From assembly GCA_964187785.1 (NCBI GenBank), contig OZ076418.1, positions 27,280,001 through 27,344,000 of the forward strand: a stretch of 64,000 nt of DNA, written 5' to 3'. Under the pieces are notes generated by a model. The model did not search any database. It saw nothing but the letters and a program-made list of their open reading frames with translations, and had not been told where the DNA came from. This document shows, one piece after another, positions 13,101 to 24,904 of this stretch; within the stretch, counting starts at the first letter, position 1; every line of letters begins with the position of its first letter. The position numbers were made by a program, and so were the translations under genes. The stretch comes from Amphiscolops sp. MND2022 (taxonomy: Eukaryota).

Positions 13101-13430
13101 GCAATTCTCTTGTCACCTTTTGTTTCCTGGCTTCTGGTTGACTACTTGAACTCGATTGGTCGCTTTGTTCCCTGGCTCTCTTTCCGGCATTGAGTTTATC
13201 TCGAAGGTCAACGGGGGCATTAGTGGTATTATTTTCTGACGTTCTTTCAACTTGGGGCCTTTCTGGAAGCCTATCAGCCGACTAGGTTCGTTTCTTGGGG
13301 GTTCGCTTCTAGATGAGGATGGCGTCAACTCTTCATATGAGTCTTTGAAGGTGACTGTTCTGCCTTGACGATTTTCTCTTGTCTGTCCTTCTGTTGTGGT
13401 TTGTTCATTTTCTGTTGGACTCACTTGCAC
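10129..13430 (-). pseudogene. Gypsy-1 accessory ORF (~1,050-1,100 codons) with SGNH/GDSL-esterase-like domain, broken by frameshifts
   Basis: ORFs 13113-13430, 12268-13116 (open frame extends to ~13283), 10682-12283 and 10129-10707 join via 1-nt changes in a C run (~12322) and an A run (~10715). SGNH-like blocks: IALFVDSTIK, MNMPCTSLSEM, ILVYSNVIDHL, TVFVSPPGY. Confidence 0.7.
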
Positions 13431-13434
13431 CCCT

Positions 13435-14200
13435 CCCCCCTCTGGTGACTTGTGATGCCTTCATTAATTCTTGAGCTATTTCAGCTGTGAAATTTGTTGC
13501 ATTGTCTGATTGCATTCGTGCCGGGGTGCCATGCCTGGCAAACCATTTGTTGAGGATGATCTTCGCCGTGGTTTGAGCATCATATTCGTCGAGGGTGCAT
13601 GGGATGGCTTCTGCGAAATTAGTGAAGTGATCAATTATGACTAGCAGTCCAGTGTTGCCCGAATCGGTCTTGCAAATTTCAAATGGTAGAACTGCACCAG
13701 ATCATTGAAATTGCTGCTGCGTACGTTTTGCAAAGGATAGCAAGGGTTTCCCGCTGGGTGTTTAGCCTGCTGACATGTCAAGCATTGTTTGATGTGTTTT
13801 ACAACATCGCTTTTGATGCCGGCCAGGTGTGTCGCTCTTGTATTCTTGCTAACACTTTTCCCACGCCTTGATGTCCGGATTCGTCGTGTGCTCGATATAG
13901 GATCTCGTGATGGAAGAGTTGTGGCATGACGATCATACGTGGGCGCACGTGCAGTGCACGTTGTTGAGGTACGTAATTGACACAGAGTTTGTCGTCAGAA
14001 TTCAAGAATAGTAAATCTTTTTTCTTGTTATAGTAGCGTTTCGCGAAGTCTTGCACCTCATCAGGGAACACTGGGTTTTCAAAGGTTTCATTTTTCATAA
14101 GCTTTTTAATGCTAGGAGGTGCATATCTCTGTTTTGAGCCAAGTGCAGATCTTTCAGACCGTGTTTGGTCAGGAGGTATTCGTGAAAAGTTCTGTTCCAA
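13435..14200 (-). pseudogene. Gypsy-1 integrase, truncated
   Basis: HHCC finger (HDESGHQG...CLTC), LLVIIDHFT and QSDNATNF present. First catalytic Asp appears changed (VQFYH). Sequence breaks off after ASQVT at ~13445, losing the catalytic Glu. Confidence 0.8.
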
Positions 14201-14240
14201 TGGTCCTGAGGACGTCTGCTTGTATTTGACACTCGATGGG

Positions 14241-16208
14241 TTATTCGCTCAAGGTTGGGTCAGTGACATCTATTCGTGCTGGAGGCACTCTGGTTGTTAT
14301 GCTCAAAATGCAGTTTGGTCTTTTGTCTTCTTCAAGGGTTGGCGTGATTTCCCATGGGACTTGAGGATACCAAGGAGTATCTCCGGTTGGTTCTTCTAGG
14401 GTTTTGCTTTTCCGCCTTTTTTGTAAGATATACAATAGGGGTAGGCGTGCTCGAGCTTCCAGTGGAAGGTCAGGGTGATCTGGGATGATACGACCATGCT
14501 CATCAAAGTATGGTACGGTGGGAAGGTCATTATAGTCTTTTTGTGACATGAAGTTATATCCTTCGTTCACTTCTGGCAGTTTTTCGAGGATTTGTTCCCA
14601 ATGAATGTAATCATTGGTTCTTTTACTGAGTCCGTCAACGTTGTGGTTTTGTGTACGGGGTCGGTGGACTGTTTTGAAATGATACTGGTCTAGGCGCGCG
14701 ATCCAACGACCGATCATGGCTTGATCCATTGAATAGGTTTTTAACCATGATAAAGCTTGATTGTCCACGCGGTGCGTGAATTCTCGTCCGGCTAAGTATT
14801 AGTGGAATTTTTTGACGAAGTAGAATACCGCATGCATCTCCAACTTCGGAGCTCCATAGTTCAGCTGGGTTCTTGTTAGTGATTTGTTGCCCTAGACTAT
14901 GGGCTTCAGGATGGTTTTTCCATTGTGTTCTTGCTCTTGGTGTAGGATGCCCGCTATTGCAACAGTCCTCGCGTCTGTGTCTAGCACAAATCTTCCTTGT
15001 TCGTTTGGAGCGGCTAAAGAGGTTGCGTTTGCCAGGGCTCGCTTCACCGAGTCAAAGGCTTCTTGATGTTTATCTTCCCAGTAGAAGTGTTGGTTTTTCT
15101 TTAACTATTCAGGCATGGGCTGCACTTTGGCTGCATGGAATGGGACGAAATCGCGGTAATAGTTGGCAAATCCTAGGAAGATTTGCAGTTCTTCCTTATT
15201 TCTGGGGGCCAACCATTTCTGGATTTCGACAACTGCTTCTGGGTCCGGCTTGATTTTCTCGGCTGATACTACTCGTCCCAGGTACTTTGTTTCCGTACTC
15301 ATGAAATCACATTTCTCTGCTCGCATTTTGGAGCCTGCCTCTCTGAGGCATTCAAATACTTCTTTGACTCTCGCAATGTGGTCTTCGATTGTTTCAGTTG
15401 CGATTACGATGTCGTCAATGTAGGCCATGACGTCACTTCCATGTCTTTGCTGGAATTTTTGGAGGGCTCTAGTAATGAATCGTTGGAATGTAGCTGATGC
15501 ATTGCAGAGCCCAAAGGGCATGCGTCGCCATTCAAAAAATCCCAGTTCGCAGGCAAGTGCACTCTTCCTTCTGTCGCATTTCTTTAGTGGTGTTTGCCAA
15601 AAGGGCCGCGCCAAATCGATGCTCGTGAAGATCTTTTCGTTGCCAATTCTTGACAGACTCTCGTCTATTCTTGGCAGGGGGAAGGCGTCTTTTACGGTCA
15701 CGTCATTTAGCGGTCGAAAGTCACAACAGAAACGAAGTTCGCCTGTCTTTTTCTTCACCATGACTATTCCACTTGTCCATGGCGAGTAGGAATGTTGGAT
15801 TAGCCTAGAGCTAGTAAGTTTCTCACTTCTTGATTAGCTTTGGCAGCTTTGTCGGGAGACATCCGCCTGGCGCCTTCTCTGTGGGGAATAGCCTCTGGCT
15901 CTAGTTCGATGCGATGTTTGGCTTTTGTGCACTTTCCTATGTCAGCCTTATGTTTCATGAATAGATCATCATATTCATTCAAAACTTTTGCAAGTTGATC
16001 CCTTGCACCCTTCCCCCAAAAAGAAATGACAGAGGAGAGATCTGGACCTGGGGAAGGGTTTTAACGATTGAGGATCAGTTCTTGCACGCTTCTCATTCTC
16101 AGTTGGGCCTTCTTTTGACATGTCAGTGGAGGATAAAAAGTTTTGGGCAAAGGAGCTAAATTCAGTACTTGTGTCACTCAAGTCAACAACATTGATATTA
16201 TTAACACG
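14241..16208 (-). pseudogene. Gypsy-1 reverse transcriptase / RNase H
   Basis: LRFCCDFRPLN, DAFPLPRID, MPFGLCNA, YIDD, YLGRVVS, FVLDTDA, NYGAPKLE, DNQALSWL; several stops and frameshifts. Confidence 0.92.
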
Positions 16209-19200
16209 TTACACAGAAGTTACTGAAATTTCATCAGTTTGGTCGACCAGAATTGGTCTGAACACAAAGGTTGTTGACTCTGCCCTACCCAGGACAGTTT
16301 TGTTCTGGAGTGTCACGTTTTCGTTAGCTGTTCGGTTTCGTACGGCTAGGAAAACCGTGCCGTCTTCTCCTGCCGATGTCAGGGTGTCTTCTGAAACAAA
16401 CGAGCACTTATTGTGCACCCCGCTGGGGCGTATCATTACGTTGCGGAAAAGGTATTCGTTGGGGTCCTGAGTGATTACCTGGGCTTTGATTAGTTTGTGT
16501 TCAAAGGGGCCTAGTATTACTTTTTGAGTAGAAACAACTAGGGAAGTTTCATGATTACTAACCTCATGGATTGGTTTGAAATGGCGAGGAGCTTTTGGGT
16601 CTCGAATGGTGACTCTCATTGCAGTTAGGTCGACGAGGACGTTATAGGTGCGTAGAAAGTTGCGGCCTAGCAAGAAGTCCTCTGCTCCCAAGTGATCTGC
16701 GATGACTATGAAGTTTGTTTTCAACGTGTGACCTCCTAGTTGGAAGTTTAAATTTTCGGCTATACCTATGGTGTTTATGGTTTTGCCGTTGGCTGCAAAC
16801 AGTTCGATATCGTATGGCAGAAGTCTCAAGGTGTGGGCGGAGGCGATCTTTTGGTATGCGGAAAGTGAGCGGATGGAGACTCCTGAAGCTGTGTCTATCA
16901 ATCCATACAACGGAATGGGTTCTTGCAAGGTGGTGCCAAAGGCAACTACCAGTGAAGCCCTTTTGTCTATCCTAGCTTCCCGCTGTGCGTCTTGGACGCC
17001 GATACTGTAGCATCGCAGTTCTTGGCGGCCTAAGGTTAGTCCCTGCGGGAAGTGTCCTGCTAGGACTACTATTGCGTCGAATTTCATGTCTACGCCATCT
17101 ACCATGACAGCCACTGGGACTGGAGAAACTGTGTTCACCTTTTGGATGGGTGCCAATTTGGTTTCGTCTTCTCTGGCGAAGTGCGGTAGTGGTCGAGCAG
17201 CGATTGTGTGTTTGGTATTTCTGCATAACTCTTCTTTACGCTGGGCTAATGTCAATTCGGTGCGCAAATTTTGTTCGGCTGAGAGGAGCAGATGAATCGA
17301 GATGAGGGTTTCAGTGCAGTTTGGGGCGGGTGTCTCTAATGTGGTGAGCACCTGTTTCTCGCCACAAGTGACAACAATGGGTCGAGATGGGCCTCCTGCT
17401 TCAGCTACCGAAATCACTCGGGCTTGATCATCCTGTGACGTATTATCAAATTGGCTGGTTTGAGGGGTATACCATGCTGCCCTGATTCGATCTCCCTGCT
17501 TGGGGTTTTCAGGGGCCATACATTCGGATGCCGAGTGTTCGGTGCAGCCACAAGTGACGCAGAAGGCTACAGTTCCTTGGATTGGTAGTGATGCGGGGTA
17601 AACTTCGCTATTGATTCCGTGTGGTTGAGATGGGCAAGTCCATCCTCCGGATGGGTTTGTGTGGCAAGAGTTGACTTGTTGTTGTACCGGGTTTCTTGCG
17701 CGATCTCTTAGTGGGCAGTCTATTACAAAGTGTGATGGGTGGCCACAATTGAAACACGCTCTTTGAGGTTGTTGCCTATATGGTGCAGGTAGTTGGAGCG
17801 GTGGTTGTTGGACGGGTTGTTGAGCAAGCTGTGCTGGGGGGGGGGGGACTGCCAAAGGCAGTTTCGGTTGTTGATTGGGTTGTGGGGATTGTTGTGGCTG
17901 CTGAGGGGCCATTTGAAAGTTTTCAGGACGTGAGGAGCCACGCATGCGTAGGTATTGTTGAACAGTGAAGCGGAGCGCTTCCACTGTTGGAGGAGCTTCT
18001 ACGTATTGTTCCGGAGCATACATTAACGCGAGATTTCGTTTTAATTCGAAGTTGCGTACTCCATCTATGAATCTTTGCATGATTTCGTATCGTCTAACGG
18101 TAACTTTTTCGTTGGGGTAACCTTGGCTACGTAGGCCTTCGAGGGCGTCTAGATACTGCATATAGTCCTCTTCGCTGTTTTGGTTTCTGGTTCTGAATTG
18201 TTGTTGGATATGGATCTTGCTTGACCCCGTTCCGAATCGGCGTGCTAACAACGCGAAGACTTTCTCGTCAGTATCCCTCTCCGCCTCGGATTTGTTAGTG
18301 ATGTAATCTCTGGCTTCGTGCTCTAGATATTCGATTATTGTCAAGGCTTTATCGAGGGGGGTTGCCCTGGCGTGCGCTTTTTCCAGATGGCGTTTCATTA
18401 ACATCATCCATCCGTCAGCGTTGCCATCTTTCGTTCCTCGATACTTCTTGGGTTTGTTTTTTGATTCCTTGGCTGCCAGTAGTGGTTCGAGGCCCTTCGA
18501 CATCGCGGTAGATATGGCTTCTGCCAGTGCTTGTCGTTGACTTGTCCTGGGTTATCGAGGGTTGAATTTGAAGCTTCTGTGGTTTCTCCCGTTTCGCTTG
18601 GGTTTTGTTCCAACTTTCGTTTAGTCGTGAGTTTGCGCTGTGTGCTAGTAGCCACCGGCCGCGGGGCCAAATCCGTGTATGCCTGCTTCGGCTAGTTGGT
18701 GCTTGCTGCGGTCCGTGCAGTGTGGTAGATCGACTCTCTCGTGGTCATTCCGCTCGCAGGTGAATAATAGTCTCCCGTCGTTGATGCACCATGGGCATAG
18801 GGATCAAAGGTGATGCTAGATTGTGGATCCGTGCCAACGTGGCGGGACTCAGCCTGGAGGATTCTCGCCAGTTTGCTAGTTTTGGGGGGATCCCTTTTGC
18901 ATGTTGCAGGCGGTGATAGCTTTAATGGTTTTGTTTGCTCTACGTTTTGTAGTGCTACTTTTCGATAGGTGGCTTGCAGTTGGGGCGGGACGGCACTAGT
19001 AGAAGGTATGTCGCTGGGATGGGGTGCGATCGGCGCCGCTGGCGCTGCTTTCGCTTGTGCTGCGACTGTTTGAGATGCCATTGCTCTCACTCCTAGCGTC
19101 AGATCTTTCATTGTGGTCATCAATTCTATCATACGGGCGTCTGCGTTGGTTTCCTTGCGCTGTATTAAGTAAGTCATCAGTTTCAGGCGTTCGTCAGCTT

Positions 19201-20187
19201 GACGATCTCTTTCTTTCATTACAGCGGACATTTCGGCTATGCGAGTGTCGGCTTGGTTTTCTCGTTGTTTGATTAGATTGTTCAGAGAGGCCATTGATGC
19301 TTCAAGTCTTCCTTGGTTTTGGCGTCCTTCCGCTTGTATTTCCAGGAGTCCTTTTCTCATTTCGTCCTTGTCCTTCATGATGGCGTCGGCGCGCATCGCA
19401 TGTTTGCCATTTTCTCGAGCCAATCGTGAGTGCACTTGGGAAAATTGGGCGAGACCGGTTCGCAAGTCTTCTCGGACTGCCTGTGACTCTTTTCGTATCT
19501 TTGTGACAGTGGAATCTGTGGGGCTGTTTCCGCACTTGTTTTGGAACTAGGCGTGTAGGTGGGTCGTTCAGTACTTGTAAGACTGAATCTTAAGCTCCTT
19601 GGTGGGAGAGTTTTAAAGACATACCGCAGTTCGATTTGTGTGGGCGGGTTTTCATTTTGGTTGTTGGATGCCTTAGATGGTCCTGCGTGTTGAGTGTAAG
19701 CGTTTGAAAAGGGGTCTCGATCTGCACTATTAGTCAGTGCAAGGGAACCCAGTGGGTCCCTGTGAATTGATGGAGTTCGGGGAGCCGCCAGTGGAGTGGC
19801 TAAATCGCTATTATGCGATGTGGTTTCCTCTGCGGTGCTCATTTCGTATGATGGCTTTTTGTTTGAGTATGGCCATTCCCTTAAACTATAGTCAGTGACT
19901 TCTAGAGGGGGCCACGTATTGCTTTGCGTGGGGTTTTCAGCGCTCTCTAGCAGATTGGCGCTATTGGGCGAAACTGGCGACGAATTGGGCTGGTCGGCAG
20001 CAGCTGTTATTTCTGCAATCTGCTCTGAGTTGGAGACGTAGTCAGACATGCGTTCTGAAAACATTTCTGTGATGGTGGATTCAAGAAGATTGTGGGTGAG
20101 GGTTTCCCACCTAATGTTGGTTTCCATTTCATTGCCGAATGGATTCCTGGCATGAAAGTTTCCAAGGCTATCTCTATTCATCTTCAC
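16209..20187 (-). pseudogene. Gypsy-1 gag-protease region split into several ORFs
   Basis: Capsid-like KPKKYRGTKDGNADGW; knuckles CFNCGHPSHFVIDC and CVTCGCTEHSASEC; retropepsin GLIDTASGVS...FLLGRNFL. Upstream pieces 19375-20187, 18692-19465 and 18404-18670 are offset by frameshifts/stops. Confidence 0.85.
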
Positions 20188-23068
20188 TGGTTCTGTGGCT
20201 TGCGAACCTATTACGATTAAGTTTGTTGGTTTGGTTCGTGGCGGGGTTACTTACTCTATCCTTCCCCCTTGGAAATGGAAGTAAGTTGATTCGGTGGAAG
20301 GTTTAGTGATCGAATGATTGATTCGATCACGGGATTGAGTGGGCTTGAATGGTGACGTTTCGCTTCTACGGGTGGGATCTTTCTCTGAGATTATAATCAA
20401 CTAAGGAAATAGTAATAATGCTATTAACACAAATAACTAATGCTATACTACATACTAAGGTTAACAGAAAGTTTTGGTTTCTCTTTTTGCAAGTTAAAGA
20501 CAGTGTGATTTAAATAAACAAAAAAATTTTTTGTCTACCAGGGTGGGGGTTCACAGAGTATTGTGCATAGGATGTTTACTGGGGGAGCTATGGATGAAAT
20601 GACGGAATCGCAATTGGAGTTTTGGATGGTTGGTTAAAGCAGCGGTGAGCTGAAAGTGCCTCAGCGCAGTGCGCTTGTTGGTGTTTGTGAATCTCGGCCT
20701 TCGCTACGTTTTCCTAACTGATGTATTCGAGTGTCATGGGCTAAACAAAATGGAGGTTGATTTTGGGGGTTTGTATGGAGATAGGCATTGAGTTTGGTGA
20801 AAAGTGGGTACCGTAATGGTAGTGTTACGCTAACTAACGTTCACTTTTCTTATAAACTCGACTACTGGTTTGCTAGTTTTCCATCTCACTAAGTGCCCTA
20901 CGGGGAGTCCTTGATTTTGAAAACGGTTGAAAGGTGGTATTGTCGATTCAATGGGATGCGTTGGGGACGCTTTCTGCGGCGCTAGTTGGGTATTTGTGTT
21001 CTTTGCAGGCTTGTTTTGGGGTATGGAACACGCAATTTTTTGTTCGATTTTTGGGAAATCGATGAATTTTGTGTCAAATAGCACGCTTGGGAGGGGTGAA
21101 AAATGCTTCCAGCGCTAGTAGCGACTTGCAAACTTTACACCATATATTATGTTAGTTGAATCGTGGGGAATTGGTCACCGATTGCGCAGAAATTGATTCA
21201 GTGGGTGTTACGGTCAGTTCACCACAAGTTTTGACAATTTGACTATGTCGTGAAATTCACAAAAAGTGGTCAAACTGGCCTTCTAGGCGTCCGAGCCACC
21301 TGAAATTTTGCATGCGAGCGTAACTTTTTGCCAAGTAACGGAAAATTAGAGCGGTGAGGTGCTTGGATCGAAATCTGGCGATCCGAGGTTATAAAACCTT
21401 AATGTACCTGAGGTATTACTTTTTTGGGTCAAAATTCACAAAAATGTCAATTTCTCAGCTTTGGCTAGTAGCCGGCTGCTCAAATTGCACAAATTGTCGG
21501 GGTCTGGTGCCGTGTGTACGAAAATACAAGAATTTTAGTGCTGGTATACCTGCAAGGTATTGCACTACGCTCAACTAAAATTCAAATTTTTTGACAATTT
21601 CGTACACTTCCTGAGCGAAACTGCGGCTAAGTTTTCTCCATCACCAGTAATGCTAGCACGACGAAAATTACACCACCAACGTAGTTTGTTGTGGTCTATA
21701 CGATGGTGCAATCCGTTTTGAGCTGCGCTCGATAGTAGAGATTTCGAATCACTCTGGAAACGTTACTCCAATGTCTTGGGATTGTCACCAAAATGGCACG
21801 TTTTTGGCTATTTCTCGGCAACCACTGGTTGGAATTGCTCGCGGTTTTCTGCGTTTGCAACGTTATACTTGGTATTAACAGAAAAAAGGCAAGCAAAACC
21901 TGATAGGTTCCAAATAAGGTCTTCAAAGTTTTTATTTAAGTTACACTTTTTACAATCTCGGGACAGTACCGAAAATGTTCGTTTTCGCTGAGAATTTTTT
22001 TAAATCTTTGTTTCAATGTTTCAAATGGTCTTTTTCAGAAGCATTTAGGTGTACTAAAGTTTTTTTAGGAGTTTGGGTGGTTTCAATAATTAATTTGATT
22101 CCAATAACACTTGGGTTTATGGGTTCCTCTGCTCAGGCGTGCATGTAATAAAAGAAAGGGGTTAATAAAGTTTCAATTTATAATGGGGGAAAGCAAAAAA
22201 CCGTCTTGGTAGTAGTGTCTTAGACTACCAAGCTCGAGAACAAAATTTTTGGGCCTCTCAAAAAGCTTGGGAACTAACGCCCAAGGCTTTGCCCGTGTCA
22301 AATTGTGTCGAAAGGACCGAATTTGGCAATTTTTCAATAGAATTCACTCAGTTTTTCGTTATTTTCGAAAAGGTGGCCCTGCAAAATATCTTGTTCTAGA
22401 CCCACTGGGTCTTTTAGAACGTTTTTCTAGTATTCCCACTGGCCGTATTTCGTTTAACAAGTTTTTGGCTTTCAAAATTGAAAATTTCAGGGTTCAAGTC
22501 ATAAATAGCGTTATTTTCGAGGTTTTCAAGCTCGAATTTCTTGACAAATGGTCAAAACACCCTCTGGGTATTTTCCTCAGTTAGTTATTATAAGAACAGG
22601 CCTGGGAATATTTATTTTTGGCATTTAAAAGCGATAGGAATGAAATAACCCAGCTGTACTCGTAGATTCGACCACTGCAAGGGAGAGTGAGGTGATGACG
22701 TGAAGTACCTGACGTCTTGCACTCAGCTGATTGGGGCATTCATGAATTGTCCTCTCGGTCCCTCTACATTGCCAATTAGCTGAAAATAGGCTGGAAAACC
22801 CCTTAAAACACGTTCCGGATAGGCCGGAATTGCTTTTTTGTTAGGTACAAGTAAAGATGAAGGGGGTACACCGTTAGAAACTGTTAATTTCTCATTATGG
22901 ACCTCAGAAACATGCGGAAAACGTAGGAATAACACTAGTACAGAGCCCAGAGGGCTAGAAAAAAGCTATAAAAACAATCTAGGACCCTCTTTTTAGCTCT
23001 TCCTAGATCCAGACCTAACAGGGCCGGAAAGCAGAAGTTGCTCCTACTTGTACGCAAAATGAAAAATA

Positions 23069-23085
23069 TCCCTCAGTGGTCGCCA
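23069..23085 (-). promoter_or_regulatory. Primer binding site of Gypsy-1, tRNA-Arg-like
   Basis: Minus strand tggcgaccactgaggga resembles the complement of the tRNA-Arg 3' end (TGGCGACCACGAAGGGAC, from memory); 16 nt from the LTR end. Confidence 0.7.
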
Positions 23086-23101
23086 TTAAAACTATTCCAG
23101 A

Positions 23102-23823
23102 TGTAACGTCCTGCTAGCGGTGCACATCTAGGAAGAGGGATAATGCCTAGGATGCTTAAACAGGAGACCGTTGTCTTACTACATACCTAGACACTAGTTT
23201 TTGATCCCAAAATGGTCTCCTAGGGGGACTTTTCTATCGTCTAAGGAGGCTTCTCTAGTTAGAGCTCCGAAGCGACGCGCCGGCACTCTCAAAGTCCGGA
23301 CAAGCCCCACAAGCCTGTAAAAACGTATCCCAAGGTTTCTAGCACGTTCCTACGACTTCCTACATACTTCCGCGGTCCAAAAAGGTGTCTATCTGAAATA
23401 CATTGTATTCGTTGAATAAGTTCTAAAATATGGACCTAGTAGGTCTAACATCACCCAAATACTTGACAAATGATAACAAAATACGGGGATATGCCCCAAC
23501 AATATTACATTACAGTTTGAGATTTTTCATCTATTCGGCCTCTGGCGTCGTTCTTCACTCTCGGGTGTCTTCTCGGAGAGATGGCACAACATTCCAATTG
23601 GGTTGATCTTTTCTTTTGCAGAATTCTCCTTCTTCTCCATCGCATTCTTCTTTCTTTTTTGATATTTTCTCACGTGCTTTCTTTTTTGCTCCACTTTCGC
23701 GCTCTTTTTTCTCTCGTTCACGTCTTGGTACCTGCTAGGTCGGCCATTTTGAATGTGCTGTTTTGATATCGCACATTTCGAAAGTTTCATCGAAATTTTG
23801 TCATGCCGGTGGCTGACGTTACA
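23102..23823 (-). repeat. Gypsy-1 5' LTR
   Basis: Direct repeat of 8832-9550 with tgtaacgtc/gacgttaca ends. Confidence 0.95.
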
Positions 23824-24685
23824 CCCGAACAGGCACTCTACAGCAAACCACCGGTTGCCACCTGTAGAGACACTTTCGAACAGTCATTTTCGTTTCCAGA
23901 GGCGACCATCGGTGGTCCAGGAGAGGACACCAGAGGTAATTTTTTTTCTAAAATTTCCAAAAGAGTACTCGAGTACTAAAATCACACGGGTAGTATTAGA
24001 AACACTTTTCGGCACAACGTTTCCTAGAGCCGCTAGATAGGAAAGATTTTATGAGAGTTCTAGATGAAATTGGCTTAGATTTGGAAGAGCACAGTTCACT
24101 AAAGACGGCCTTTCTTATCCTTATTGCTAAGATCTTAAATCTTTGTTTTGAAGGAATAAGGCCCAAAATCAGTATCTAGTGGAACGAATCTAAAATTACT
24201 ATATTATGGCAGAATAAGGCCTTAAATTACTATCCTGTGGAATAGGATTTAAGTAGGTAAAATAATCGTTTTCTGACCAATTAAGACCAAAAATCGTTGT
24301 ATTTTGGTGTAACAAGGCATAGATTGGTGGACAGCGATTGGATACCAACCCGAACGTGATACTTATCTTTTAACGGACTTGTATCTCAATCGTTCTAAAT
24401 TTATAATTAGCATTCTCAATTCCGTGCAACAGAGTTCCAGTTTTGGAATATAACACGAAGAACGTCGCGAACCTTGTTCACTTTCAAATTCTTTGGTTGG
24501 AGAATTTCCACAGAATGTATTTGATTTTCGCTCATTTAGTTTCATGCTGCAATAATAGACCCAAAGTACCACAGACAAATTACTGAATTTTTGCAAATCA
24601 CGAACCTTTCAAAATTTCGTATCACAATTTTGAAAACTGGATCGGGTGTCTGAAGTGGATTATATAATTGAATTCATGTCAACAA

Positions 24686-24884
24686 TGTGAGAAGATGCCG
24701 CTATAGCTACTCTATTAAGTTCATAGTACCTGTTAACTGCTAGATCTCACTATATGAACACTTTGTTTAAGTAGCTACTTATGATACAGTTTAGACATCA
24801 GTTACATGATCTAACTTCGAAACTTTGTGTTTATTACTATTGCTTTTAATTCAACCTTCTTATCTGAGTCTCCAGTCAATAACA
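24686..24884 (+). repeat. Gypsy-2 5' LTR
   Basis: tgtgagaag...aataaca; about 6 substitutions versus 30409-30607. Confidence 0.95.
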
Positions 24885-24898
24885 TGGCGCAGTAAAGC
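24885..24898 (+). promoter_or_regulatory. Gypsy-2 primer binding site
   Basis: tggcgcagtaaagc immediately after the LTR; possibly tRNA-Ser type. Confidence 0.7.
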
Positions 24899-24904
24899 AA
24901 TCTG

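Larger units (their letters stand above)
8832..23823 (-). mobile_element. Gypsy-1: 15-kb Ty3/Gypsy LTR retrotransposon, decayed, with large accessory ORF
   Basis: Paired ~720-bp LTRs, PBS and PPT. Minus-strand order is gag (two CCHC knuckles), protease, RT (YIDD), RNase H, integrase. Flanked by a ccc direct repeat. Confidence 0.95.

Noticed and set aside
14873-19550. Numerous plus-strand ORFs opposite Gypsy-1 gag-pol (similarly minus-strand ORFs opposite Gypsy-2 and Gypsy-3 pol)
   Set aside because: Shadow ORFs from codon bias of the coding strand; no motifs.
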